A stretch of 64,000 nucleotides of DNA from the human T2T-CHM13v2.0 reference genome, Homo sapiens (GCF_009914755.1 NC_060926.1), one strand, 5' to 3'. Numbered from the stretch's first letter, positions 43,090-55,244 are shown. A program made the numbers and translations. Notes: a model not told the origin generated them from the sequence alone.

Positions 43090-45505
43090 CTATGATCAAA
43101 CATCCCAGTTATCTATGAGGGTATTTCTGGATGAGATTAACATTTGACTCAGCAGACCAAGTAAGGCAGATTGTCCTCCTAGTGTGGGTGGCTTCTGGAC
43201 TCCAACTTAAACCATTGGCTCTCCTGGTTTTCAGACCTATGAACTCAAGCTGCAACCATCCTATTGGCTCTCCTGAATCTCCAACTTGCTCACTGCAGAT
43301 CTTGGTACTTCTCAGCTTCCATAAAGGCATTAGCCAATTTCTTGCAATAAATACATAATCTTCTGTTGGTTCTTTTTCTCTTGAGACCACCAATACAGAT
43401 TTTGGTACCAAGAGTGGGATGTTGCTGTAAGAAATACCTAACAATCTAGAAGTGGCTTTGGAACTGGGTAATTGATAGAAAATGGAAGAGTTTTAAGATT
43501 TATGCTAGAAAAAGCCTAGATTGCCATAAAGGGACTGTTGGTAGAAATATGGATGTTAAAGATATTTCTGGTAAGCATTCAGAAAGAAAAGAGGAGAGCT
43601 GGAGAGAAGCATTCATCTTCTCAGAGAATAATCAGAAACAGAATGTTGGTAGAAATAAGGCTGAAGCATGAGAATTGCCTGAACCTGGGAGGCGGAGGTT
43701 ACAGTGCACTGAGATTGTGCCATTGCACTCCAGCCTGGGTGACAGAGTGAAGCTCCATCTCCAAAAAAAAAAAAAAAAAAAAGTGATCCTGCTATAAAGT
43801 GGCAAACAATCTGGCTGAATAGCATTCTAGTGCTTTTGGGAAGGTAGAACTTGCAAGTGATAAAATTAAATATTTAGCAGAAGCGATTTCTAAACAAAGT
43901 ATTAAAGGTGCAGTTTGGGTCCTCCTTACTGCTTATAGTAAAATTCGGGAAACATGAGATAAACTGAAGAAATCAAAAGCAAAAAGGAATCAGAGGCTGG
44001 GTGTGGTGGATCACGTCTGCAATCCTAGCACTTTGAGAGGTTGAGGTGGGTGGATCACTTGAGGCCAGAAGTTCAAGACCAGCCTGGCGGACATGATGAG
44101 ACCCTATCTGTACTAAAAACACAAAAATTAGCTGGGCATGGTGGTGCATACCTGTAATTCCAGCTACTCAAGAGGCCGAGGCATTAGAATCGCTTGAACC
44201 CAGGAGGTGGAGGTTGCAGAGAGCCAAGACTGTGCCACTGCACTCCAACCTGGGTGATAGAGACTCTGTCTTAAAAAGAAAAAAAAAAAAAAAGGAACCA
44301 GAACTTGGGGACTTGGAAAATTTCTTAACCTATCCATATTGCAAAAATTAAGAAAGCTTACTCTGAAGAGATCACTAAGGGTGTGGCTGAGCAACCATTT
44401 GATAACAGATCATGAGTGTGACTCATATACTTAATTAGCCATCTCAGCTGAAGCCAGGAACACCGACGGGATTATACCAGAAAGACCCTGATAGCTGGAA
44501 AGAAAGGGGACAGAGAAAATGGGAAAGAATGAAGGTAAGCTGTCAGCCTTCTCAGATTCTATAGGACTAGACCATATCACTATTTGGCTACAAACATGCA
44601 CTATTTAAGCAAAGGAAAGAAATGACCCCAAAGGCAACTCAGAGATCAGGGTGGCCACTCAGTGTGTGTGTGTATGTTTTGGAGGAGGGGGCACAGGCAG
44701 GAGAAGAGCTGAGTTCCTCCTCAGTTTCCGAGGGAAGGTCACCCTGCCAAGCCACAAGGATGACACTGCATCAAAGCAAAGAGGATTTATTCTTGAGGCT
44801 TAAGATATAATGGAATTTGCCTCAATAGGTTTTGGACTTGCTTGGGACCCATTAACACTTTGTTTCCTATTTTTCCTTTTTGGAATAGGAATGTCAATCC
44901 TACACCTGTCTCACCATTGTGCTTGGGACGCACATAACTTGTCTGGTTTCAGAGGTTCACAGCTGGAGAAAGATAGGAATCATAGCTCAAGTCTCACCCA
45001 TACCTGATTTAGAAGATATTTAAATGAGACTTTGTACTTTAAAGTGAGAATGAGTTTAGATTCTGGGGGCTGCTGGGGTGGAATGCATATATTTTGCATG
45101 TGATAAAATGAATTTGGGGGAAGGGCTAGGGACAGAATGCTATGAACAGCATATGTTCACCCAAAATTCATATATTGAGAGCCTAACCCCCAATAAGGCT
45201 GTATTTGGAGACAGGGTCTCTAGGAGATATTAAGATTACATGAAGTCATCAGGATGGAGCCCTAATCCAATAGGATTGGTGCCCTTATAAGAAGAAGGGA
45301 AACCAAAGCTAGCTATCTCTCTGCCATATGAGGACACAGTGACAAGGCAGTCATCTGCAAGCCAGGAAGAAAGCCCTCATCAGAAACTGAACAATGCCAG
45401 ACCATAATCTTGGACTTTCCAGCCTCTAGAACTATAAGAAATAAATCTCCGTTGTTAAGCCACCCAGTCTATGGTATTTGTTAAGGCAGGCTAAGCTAAT
45501 TATAC
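43090..45505 (+). mobile_element. LTR element: MLT2-like LTR part (to 43397), MaLR internal region, MLT1A-like LTR (about 45137-45505); two Alus inserted (43659-43782, 43995-44293)
   Basis: LTR end CAATACA is followed by GATTTTGGTACC and MaLR-internal GAAGTGGCTTTGGAACTGGGTAA. A purine tract precedes TGCTATGAAC at about 45137. Confidence 0.7.
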
Positions 45506-46049
45506 TTTCTGTACCTTGGTTTTCCCATCTGTGAAATGGGGATACTTATGCCATTATCTTACGCTTGTTGTAAGAACAAGTTAACACATGGAAAGCATAG
45601 AGAACAGAATCCAGCATATAATAAGTACTATGTCTTTGTGAGCAATGGTTATAAAGACGAAGTCTTTGTGCTCAAGGTGTTTGGCTGTCTACCTTGCACA
45701 AAAGGTGCCATTTGGCCTTAGCTGGGTATCTAGAAACCCTTGAAAACTCTCACTCCCCTTGGCCAATGTTTACAACTCTTTTAGCTTAAGTCTTCATTTC
45801 TATTAAGGTTAATTTCTATTGGAAGGGTAACAGTCACTTATTTCTCAAAGCAATGAAAAAAAGATGTAGGTCCCCAGAGGATGACAGTGAGTTGGAAGCA
45901 AAGGATGAAGCCCCTGAAGCCTATTTCTTCAAAGCATGAAGTTAAGGAGAAGGCAGAGTGGAGTAAACTTGAGAGAGGCAAGGCTATTTAAAAGGGTAAT
46001 TGTTAAACTCGGAATTACTACAAAACTTCTTTTTTAAAAAAGAGACTCC

Positions 46050-46349
46050 CACGGGGCACAGTGGCTCATTCCTGTAATCCCAGCACTTTGGGAGGCTGAG
46101 GTGGTTGAATCACCTGAGGTCGGGAGTTCGAGACCAGCCTGACCAACGTGGAGAAGCCCTGTCTCTACTAAAAATACAAAAATTAGCTGGGCGTGGTGGC
46201 GCATGCCTGTAATCCCAGCTACTCAGGAGGCTGAGGCAGGAGAATCACTTGAACCCAGGAGGCGGAGGTTGCAGTGAGCCGAGATCACACCGTGCCACTC
46301 CAGCCTGGGTGATAAGAGTGAAACTCTATCTCAAAAAAAAAAAAAAAAG
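46050..46349 (+). mobile_element. AluS immediately downstream of the FIGLA poly(A) signal
   Basis: Full dimer with TSD core AGAGACTCC on both sides. Confidence 0.93.
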
Positions 46350-46376
46350 AGAGACTCCAAAACTTTCAAGACTGCA

Positions 46377-46382
46377 TTTATT
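46377..46382 (-). terminator. FIGLA: FIGLA polyadenylation signal AATAAA
   Basis: TTTATT on the + strand, 35 nt after the stop codon, followed by U-rich sequence on the minus strand. Confidence 0.85.
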
Positions 46383-46417
46383 TGTCTCTAGAAGGTAACC
46401 CTGGGCCTTTTCATTTT

Positions 46418-46433
46418 TCATACTTGTGGAAGT
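46418..46433 (-). CDS. FIGLA: FIGLA coding part of exon 5 ((R)LPQV-stop)
   Basis: Reads GTTTTCTCTGTTTCAG|A CTT CCA CAA GTA TGA. Exon sum 231+153+225+35+16 = 660 nt = 219 aa + stop. Confidence 0.92.
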
Positions 46434-46489
46434 CTGAAACAGAGAAAACATTCCATTATAAATAGTTAAAAATAAGAACCGTTTACAAA

Positions 46490-46830
46490 AGAAATAAAGA
46501 AATATGCAAAAAATTAATTTTATTAGTAATCAAAGATGTTTAAATTTAAAGATACTACTTTTTTACCCATTAAGATTCCTTCTTTTAATAGAGCTCATTG
46601 CTAAGAATGTGATGGAATTAGCACTCTTATTATACAGCCAGTGGTGTTATAAATTGGCACTATGCATCAGGTTATAGAATGACCTACCTGTGACTCAGCA
46701 GTTCTACTTCTGGGAATCTATCCTGCAAAAACAATACAAAATACAGAAAGGGCTAAACACATCGGTTATTTGTCACGTTTAAGAGAACAAAAAACTGAGA
46801 ACATAGTGGCCAACAGTAAAAAAATTGTCC
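46490..46830 (+). mobile_element. Ancient L1M ORF2 3' relic overlapping FIGLA exon 4
   Basis: Colinear degenerate similarity to the L1 copies at about 6020-6300 and 8320-8600 of this window. CCTGTGACTCAGCAGTTCTACTTCTGGGAATCTATCC aligns to CCATTTGACCCAGCCATCCCATTACTGGGTATATACCC. Confidence 0.65.
46688..46722 (-). CDS. FIGLA: FIGLA coding exon 4 (35 nt; DRFPEVELLSH + AG)
   Basis: Reads TTTTGCAG|GAT AGA TTC CCA GAA GTA GAA CTG CTG AGT CAC AG|GTAGGT. Matches the recalled C-terminus DRFPEVELLSHRLPQV. Confidence 0.92.
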
Positions 46831-49729
46831 CACCTAATGGGTCACATAAACATGCCAGTGATAGAAAAATCAAGAACAGGCACACAATGTTATGTACCTG
46901 ATGATAATTTTTTATTTTAGTTGCAAAGGAAAAGAAATGGGAAGGATTTTAGTGTATTTCCATCAGTGGTTTTACTAACGTGGCAAGATCATTTTGTCTC
47001 TGCTCAATTTTCTGAAACTCTCAACTTGAAGAAAAAATAAACCCATGACTGAAAAATAAAGCCGCTCAAGTCATGGTCAGGCATTTTGGATACTGAAACC
47101 TATTATGTACATCACTGTGGATGGTAAAGCACCGCAATCAAATGCTTTAACTTAGCCTTAAACATTTATCTATTTTCTAGTCCACCCTCCTTTACATTTC
47201 AAAGTTGAGTTTTGTTAGAACGAAAGTGGTTAAAAAGGACTTAACACTATCACCCACATCCCCCCCAACCCCAACACTTCACTGACTTGCAGGTATTGGG
47301 CAAGTTACTTCTGTTCCTTAGTTTCCTCACATGTAAAATGGATATAATTGTTTGTATAGCACAGGGTGGTTGTGAAAATTAAATAGGTTAATATGTATAC
47401 ACTGCCAGGAGCAGTCTCTGACACAAAATATGTATGAGTAGCTTTTTTTTTCTAATCTTGATCGAGTCTTTCCACTATACAAGTGATCAACATTTCTTTC
47501 TTTTTATAGTTCAGACCTAGCTTTGGAAGCTTTATTTTTAAAATAAATTTTAATTTTTTTCATATTTAGAATTTTTTATACTTGAGACAAATTCATATAA
47601 ATTTACCTGAAGGATTAAAGGATGACAATATTCTGCCTATAGTCTACTGCATTTTAGAACATTTATTTTAGTTTGTTTTTAAGAATTAGCTGGAAAATTT
47701 CAGAAACGTAATATTTAAGTATGAGAATAGAAAAACTTGCCAAAGTTTATAAATGTTGTCTTTATTGTCACAGCTCATTAAAAATTGGCTGTTGGTCTCA
47801 TCTAAGCCAAAGAGTTTAAGGTCCAAGAAGAGGGTAGTCTGGAGAATAGAAACCCAGTTTGCTGCTTAATATCTTTAAGAAGGCAGGCACACTCCAATTG
47901 TTGGCAGTGTGGCTGCAGAATTTGACGTATTATCCAATGTACATTCCTCCACCCACTGAGCCAGGCTTGGTGAGGGAGATGGGGTAAACAGAAATCCTTG
48001 CTCACTCAGCTTTAGAGTTCAGTCCCTGTTCCTATGATAATCTGAAAAGCAAGGCTCTTTCCAAAATCCCAGAGAACCACAAGCATAGGCACCATCACAG
48101 CACCAGCCCCTAAATCCCCAAAGTATAGAGAGCACAGTAAAATCCCAGGGCTATAAATGCAGTCGCCGGAGCAGCTTTTCCTCTGAGCCACTGTGCCTTT
48201 AGACCAGGGCAGAAAATCCCAACACCTTACCAGGTGAAATATGCTACTCTGGTGCAGGAAGGAGTGGGGAGGACTGGGACAAACCAGAAGGCACCCACCC
48301 CATTAAATGGGAAACAACTTTGGAAAATGCTGGGCTGACTAATCTCATCAGAATATGCCCCATGGGCTATTGGTGAACCCCAGGGCAGATGACTGTGCTT
48401 CTCAAGCAAAGCGAGACCCATCACTTACTGTGGTAGAAGTTTTACCATCGTATAGAGCCACTACCTGGGGGAATGTGAGGTGGAAGACAGAAGAAAGAGG
48501 CTTCAGGTCTTTCCCAAGGTGCTAATGAATTCATCCCAACTAGCCAAACCGTCTCATTTCAGAGCTTAAAATGCTATAGGAAGAAATGTCCCCAGTGAGT
48601 AATTTCACAGATTACCGCAACTTGGAACAGGGGTGGTAGGAGTCTACCATCCACACAGGATTCTTTCTCTCAGAAACTCTTTCAAGGAACATTCCCATGA
48701 CATGCCAGAGTTTGGAAATATATACTGGCAGCATACCAAGGCCCCTGTAACAGATACTATGTCTCTCCATATGTCCCTTTCCAAAGGCCCTCAAGCCCCA
48801 GCACTCTTGGCATCTCACTCCAAAATTGAGGGTGGTCTTTGTCTAGAGACATGGTCTCTACAGTGTCACTGGCAACTCTGAACAAAATTTAGAGCCATGC
48901 ATAATATGAAATGCCAGAACCATAACCACGAGTGGCAAATAGAAGGAATATACAATGGCAAGACAGCGAACAGCCTGCCATCTAGCAATGCCAACCCCAA
49001 TATGGCAAAAACCTACACTTTGAAGCTCTAATTTTAAACAGGCCTCTCCTGGACCTTGAAATTAATTTTTCTCCCTACCAACACCACATGCTGTGGCTTC
49101 TCATGGCTCACGGCCCTCTCTGTCTGCACGAATACTTGCCAATTCATTCCCCGAGTGAACTTCTGGGGCTCTGGCCCCAGACGTTAATCTCCATCCCTGT
49201 CATCAGCAGATTCTCATGCACTTCATTTGGGACTTTGCCTCCCAGGAATGTTGTTGATCTTGCACAGCCTGCTCTGACCCCATCTCCAAATCCCCCAAAA
49301 CGCCCATCCCTGCCACTACCAGGATTTCATTCCCTGGGTCCTCATCAAGGGTAGGGAAAAGGGTGCCACTCCTGCAAACTGAAGCTGGAGAGGGCCTGCC
49401 TCCCAAATCTTAAGCTCCTCTGGATATGAGCATTTCTGTCCAATGAGTCACATTATCTGTCACTAGGTCTCTAGTCTGGACAGGATCCTGAAACCTTATG
49501 GAGTCACCGCTTCAGGAAAGCTGGGCTGAATCTTTACGAGGATCCTTTTGTCAAATAAAGGTCAGCCTGAGCATCACTTCCTTGGACCCTTTTTATCTTG
49601 AGCCCACCCTGGTTCCTGATTGTAAAATGCAAGCTTTTTATACAGTTAATAAAGGTGATATTGAATAATCGCTCAACTCACATATAATTAAAGATCTCAG
49701 AGATAAATGTTAACAAAGAGAAAACTAGC

Positions 49730-51830
49730 CAGAAAGACGGCTGCACAGTAGGTACTTCAAAGAAAATGCGAGTTCTTCTCCCTCCTAAACAATTCAGTAC
49801 TAATGTCATCAGTTGGGTCACAGTTAGGTAGTGAGAAGCCACAGTGACCCAAGTGAAGTGGTATCAGAGCCCAAGCAGGGTGAGATGGCACCCACATACA
49901 GAGGCAGCCCAGCGCAGGATATCAGAGATCCAGCAGATGAGGGGCATATTCACATGGGGGGTGTGGTCCAGTGCAAACATGGTACAGCCCAATCAGGATG
50001 AGAACGGCAGCCCCATGAAAGGAGTGGAGGCCTGGCCTGGGGACTCAGAGCCCAAGCTGGGTAAGAAGTCCATGGAAAGGGGCAGTTCAGCATGGAGTAG
50101 AGAAACCTGAGCTGAGTAGGCCAGGCACTTGTGTGTGCAGGTGATTTAGCGAGAGCAGGGAGAGGAGGAATCCACATATGAGGGGACCGGCGTGGAACGT
50201 CAGAGCCAAGAAGGAGGTTTTTGCGGAGGTACAGCTTGCCATGAGTGTTAAAGTTCAAGTGGGTGAGGAGAACAGCCATGTGGTGAGGGGATGGCAACAG
50301 AGATGGGAGATGGGTTATACACAGGGGCATCCTCAGATAAGTGGCTGATTCCAGGGCTGGGATAGAAAAGTACAAGATGAGCTTGGAACACCTTCTGCCA
50401 AAAAGGAAATGATCAAATAATCGTGATGACATATCAAACAGAAAGGCTGCCAGCTTAAGGAGCTTTCGCTGGCCACAGTGGGGACAATTGGAGCAATAAA
50501 ATAATAAAAAATGATAGTATATAATAATCCACTGAATTAAACAGAAAACCATGAGCTCATACTAATATAAAAATGTCTGTATAAAAACAACCAAAATGTT
50601 CTAAAATATTTACGTGAACAGTTAAACTGTGGTACATCCACACCACAGATGACTACTCAGCAAAAAGCAGAGGAACAGACCATTTATACAATGTGGATGA
50701 TCTCAAGGGCATCATCTGAGTGGAAAAAGACCATCTGTAAAAGTCACATAATGTATGGTCCCATTTTTATAGCATTCTCAAGATAAATTATAGAGGTGGA
50801 GAACAGATTAGTGATGTCCAGGAGTTTGGAAGAATGGAGGGTTGGGAGCAGAGTGTAGGTGTGACCATAAAGGGGCAGCGTGAAGATCTTTGTGGTGATG
50901 GAACAGTTCTGCATCTGGATTGCAATGGTGATTCCATGAATCTACACGTGTGATAAAACAACATACAACTATGCATACGTGGTACCAATGTCAGTTTCCC
51001 AGTTTTGATATTATACTATAGTTATGGAAGATGCAACCATTGCGGAAAACTGGGCTACGGATGCACAGCACTTTTCTGTACTATTTTTGCAACTTCCTGT
51101 GAATCTATAATTACTTCCAAATTACAGATTTGATAAATAAATATAGAATGTTTGATGAGTAATGAGATCTTTACATAGTTTCAAAGCACCTCCTCACAAA
51201 ATACATATTAATTACAAAAGAAAAAGATTAAAGTGAAAGGCTTGGCAGTCACCACCTTAAGCAAGTGATCAAAGTGAATATCCTTAGAAATAGAATAAAT
51301 CAAAATCTGCCCCATGTAATAGGATGCAATGAGTAGAAAACAGCATCACTTTTGTTATTCCTGCCGACGATGCATATCTGAATCTAATCGAAAGGAAACA
51401 GACAAATGCTGATCAAGACACGCTCTATAAAACAACTGGCCTGTAATCTCCAAACGTGTCATGGTTATAAGTCACAGAAGCACCAAGAAACTCTCCTTCC
51501 AGACTGAAGGAGCCATGGCAACTAAATGTAATTCATGATTCTCAGCTGGGTCTTTTTGCTAGAAGAGACATTATTGAGACTACTGGTGAAACTTGAATGG
51601 GACCTGAGGATTGTATGGCGGTAACGCCGCAACATTAATCCCCAGACTTAGTGGTTGCATTGTGGCTATGCAGGGGAATGTCCTGTTTGTAAGAAATGTA
51701 CACTGAAGCCTTAGGGGTGATGGGACATCAGGTTGACCCTCAAATGTGCCAGGAAAAAAGTTCTTTGTACTGCACCTGCAACCTTTCTATAAGTTGACTA
51801 TTGTTTCAGACTAATTTTTTTAATTTTAAA
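49730..51830 (+). mobile_element. Old L1M (MC/MB/ME-type) 3' regions, nested
   Basis: AAACTGTGGTACATCCA, TCTTTGTGGTGATGGAACAGTTCTG and TTTGCAACTTCCTGTGAATCTA are L1M 3'UTR hallmarks. Confidence 0.7.
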
Positions 51831-51837
51831 AATTAAT

Positions 51838-52206
<369 letters not shown>

Positions 52207-52751
52207 TTACAATCAGGCCTCAGAAGTCATACTTGACAGAAGTGACATGCACTGTCTATAAAAATCTCAAACGTCGAGTCTTCCTTGGTTCATTCTACAA
52301 ATTAGCACTCTTCCAATTAACAACAAACTTGGTTGGCTAAAAAGACTAAATATTAAGTGTTTTACTCCCTTTTTTGAAGGAAATTCCAGTCAGAACATCT
52401 CTGGCTTTTACTAGGAAACGTTAGTCCCCACTCTAAATTAGTGTACTATACGTGGCCTATGCCCAGGTTCAATTATCCTTGGAAAACAAGGACCTCCCAT
52501 CAAATGTACTTGCTACTAGTACTGCCAAGCACAGGCCTGCTCTGCTACTGCAGAGGCTCCTGTCCCAGCCCAGGTCCAACAGGACTGGCAGGAAGGTGTA
52601 GCCAGGTGGCTCACCATGACAGTGACATGATGACACCTACCTGACAAGGATCAATGAGGATTAAGTGCAAGTAAGATTTTCACCTTGATACTAGCATTTG
52701 CAGAAGCATTACTCTTCTTAGATAGTCAGGCTCAAGGTCTAGCTCAGGTCA

Positions 52752-53119
<368 letters not shown>

Positions 53120-54094
53120 TGACTGGCCAGCGAAATCTTATATCTCAAGTGGTCAGAATATGAAAATCTACACTGAGCATATGCACAAATGAATCCTAGA
53201 ACACAATTAATCTAATCAGAAATGGAAGCCAAGGCCGCCCACCACCTCTCTCCCCACCCCTGCCCTGCCCCCACCAGCCAGCAGGAAGCCTGTAGGACCT
53301 CAAATCAGAGCACAACATTGGTGAGAGCCAAGTGAGAAAACTCAAAACACTGGCTACAGAGCTAGAATACCTGTGGCTCATTATTGCTCACTAATCAATG
53401 TTGATTGCTCATGAGTCAAGAGAAGTTGGTATCTATCCAAGTGACGTGACAGGTATTATGCCAGATACTTTGCTGACATGATATCATTTGGAGTTAGTTA
53501 TCTTATATACAAGGTAGGTACAATTATTATACCCATTGCTCAGATGGAGAAACTGAGGATTAGAGGCATTTAGTAGCTCATGCAAGATTATACAGCTAGC
53601 AAGTGGTAAAACCAGGGTTTAAACCTCAGTAGTCTGTTCCCAGAGCCTACTCTCAACTGCTCGCCTCAACTGCCTCCCTCCAACCACCATCTGTGACTCC
53701 ACAGCCCCCACTGTCCCTTATATCATACCATGCAACATGTTTGTTACAGCATGCTTACTTCACATTCCTATACACCTTTCTTATTTCAATAGTAATTGTG
53801 TTGCAGAGTAGGATAGAGCAGGGGCCTCATTTATGAATACCAGTTCACAGCAAGGGCAAAAAGTCCACTTCTGGACTTGGAGAAGCATGCTGCCACTTCC
53901 AGCTGTCTCTTTAGTTGACAAAGTAATAACAGACAATAAACTCCTTTGTTATTTCATTTAAAATGTTGTCTTACAACCAGCACCACCCCCCACCACAAAA
54001 AAAAAAAAAAAGTATCACCAAACATGCATCTTTATGTATGGCAAGCTACTTACTTCTTTTTCTGGAGACCATAGAGTCCAGAAAACCTTTTGAT

Positions 54095-54257
54095 GGGTTA
54101 AATAGGATCATTTAAAAGATAAACTTAGGTCTGTATTGGGTGGTTCTGGGGTTAAATAGGATCATTTAAAAGATAAACTTAGGTCTGTATTGGGTGGTTC
54201 TGGGGTTAAATAGTTTCATTTAAAAGATAAGCTTAGGTCTGTATTGGGTGGTTCTGG
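54095..54257. repeat. 54-bp tandem repeat, 3 copies
   Basis: GGTTAAATAGGATCATTTAAAAGATAAACTTAGGTCTGTATTGGGTGGTTCTGG starts at 54096, 54150 and 54204. Confidence 0.95.
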
Positions 54258-54465
54258 AGGAGTTTCCCCTTCCCTGGAGCCGCTTACCAGTTAATTTAGA
54301 AACAAAATAATCTCCCAAACTAGTAAACCCCACTGCCCCACCCAAAGGCTTTCATTAAATTATCTTGTTTTAATCATGTTTTAGCATGGAAAAATGACTC
54401 ATATCTCAAAGTATACATTTTAAGGTTCTGATATCTGTATGGGTATTTAAGAAGGAATATTTTAC

Positions 54466-54690
54466 CAGACTTCTGGTTGGGGAGATAATTTCAGTCGTAG
54501 ACATCACACTGTGGCGACAAGCGTGTGCTGGCTCACCACTGCCACCATCTGCCCAAGGCCCTTCCTCTTCATTCTTCAAGCCGAAAGCACAGCTGATATG
54601 TTGGGTGATGTTTCTTGACAGCTGTCTTGCCGAGGATGTATGTGATTCAGAACTGTTGTTACTATAGCTCTGCTCATCTGGGTCTTGTTT
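54466..54690 (-). CDS. FIGLA: FIGLA coding exon 3 (75 codons)
   Basis: KQDPDEQSYSNNSSES...IISPTRSL lies within ORF 54406..54765. Acceptor TTTCCAG, donor CTG|GTAAAA, 225 nt. Confidence 0.96.
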
Positions 54691-55244
54691 CTGGAAACCA
54701 TATTTAGTTGTCAAACAGTATAATATGACAGAAAGATTTTGATGACTTAAACTAATATATTTCAAAGTTTTAACTGATGAGGTTTCATTTAAATGATAAG
54801 GGCAATGCTTAAGTCATTATGGAGAGAAAAGCATTGTTCAATTGACCGTATTTTGTTCTCCTATCATCTTAAAATGTTATGCAATAGGTAACTGCATTAA
54901 AAATATTATGGCATGGAACAGATGGTATGTTTTACAATGAACAAAGCACTTCTGTTACACAATTGACATGCAAGAGAAAACTAAGGTAGCCACCTACACA
55001 TGTCCAAACACTGTGACCATACCAAAACCCAACCATCCAGTTTGACCAACAGGACAATTCACTCCTGCCATCGCAGAATGTAGCTTCCTAGCAGTCACCT
55101 GGCTAGGACTAATGGAGAAGAAAAAAATATTCAAAGGTACTATCATACACCTGGAGATTTCTGCCCCAAATTTCTAGGATAATTGTTTCTTTTCTCTCTA
55201 GTATCTCTCCTTCTGTTCCTAAACATGATCAAATTTCTACATAG

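Noticed and set aside
48150-48160. TATA-like CTATAAAT on the + strand in FIGLA intron 3
   Set aside because: Isolated short motif with no other supporting promoter evidence.
49950-50552. Longest ORF in the window (200 aa), on the FIGLA strand
   Set aside because: Antisense to an old L1M relic, with no domain similarity or splice support I can see.
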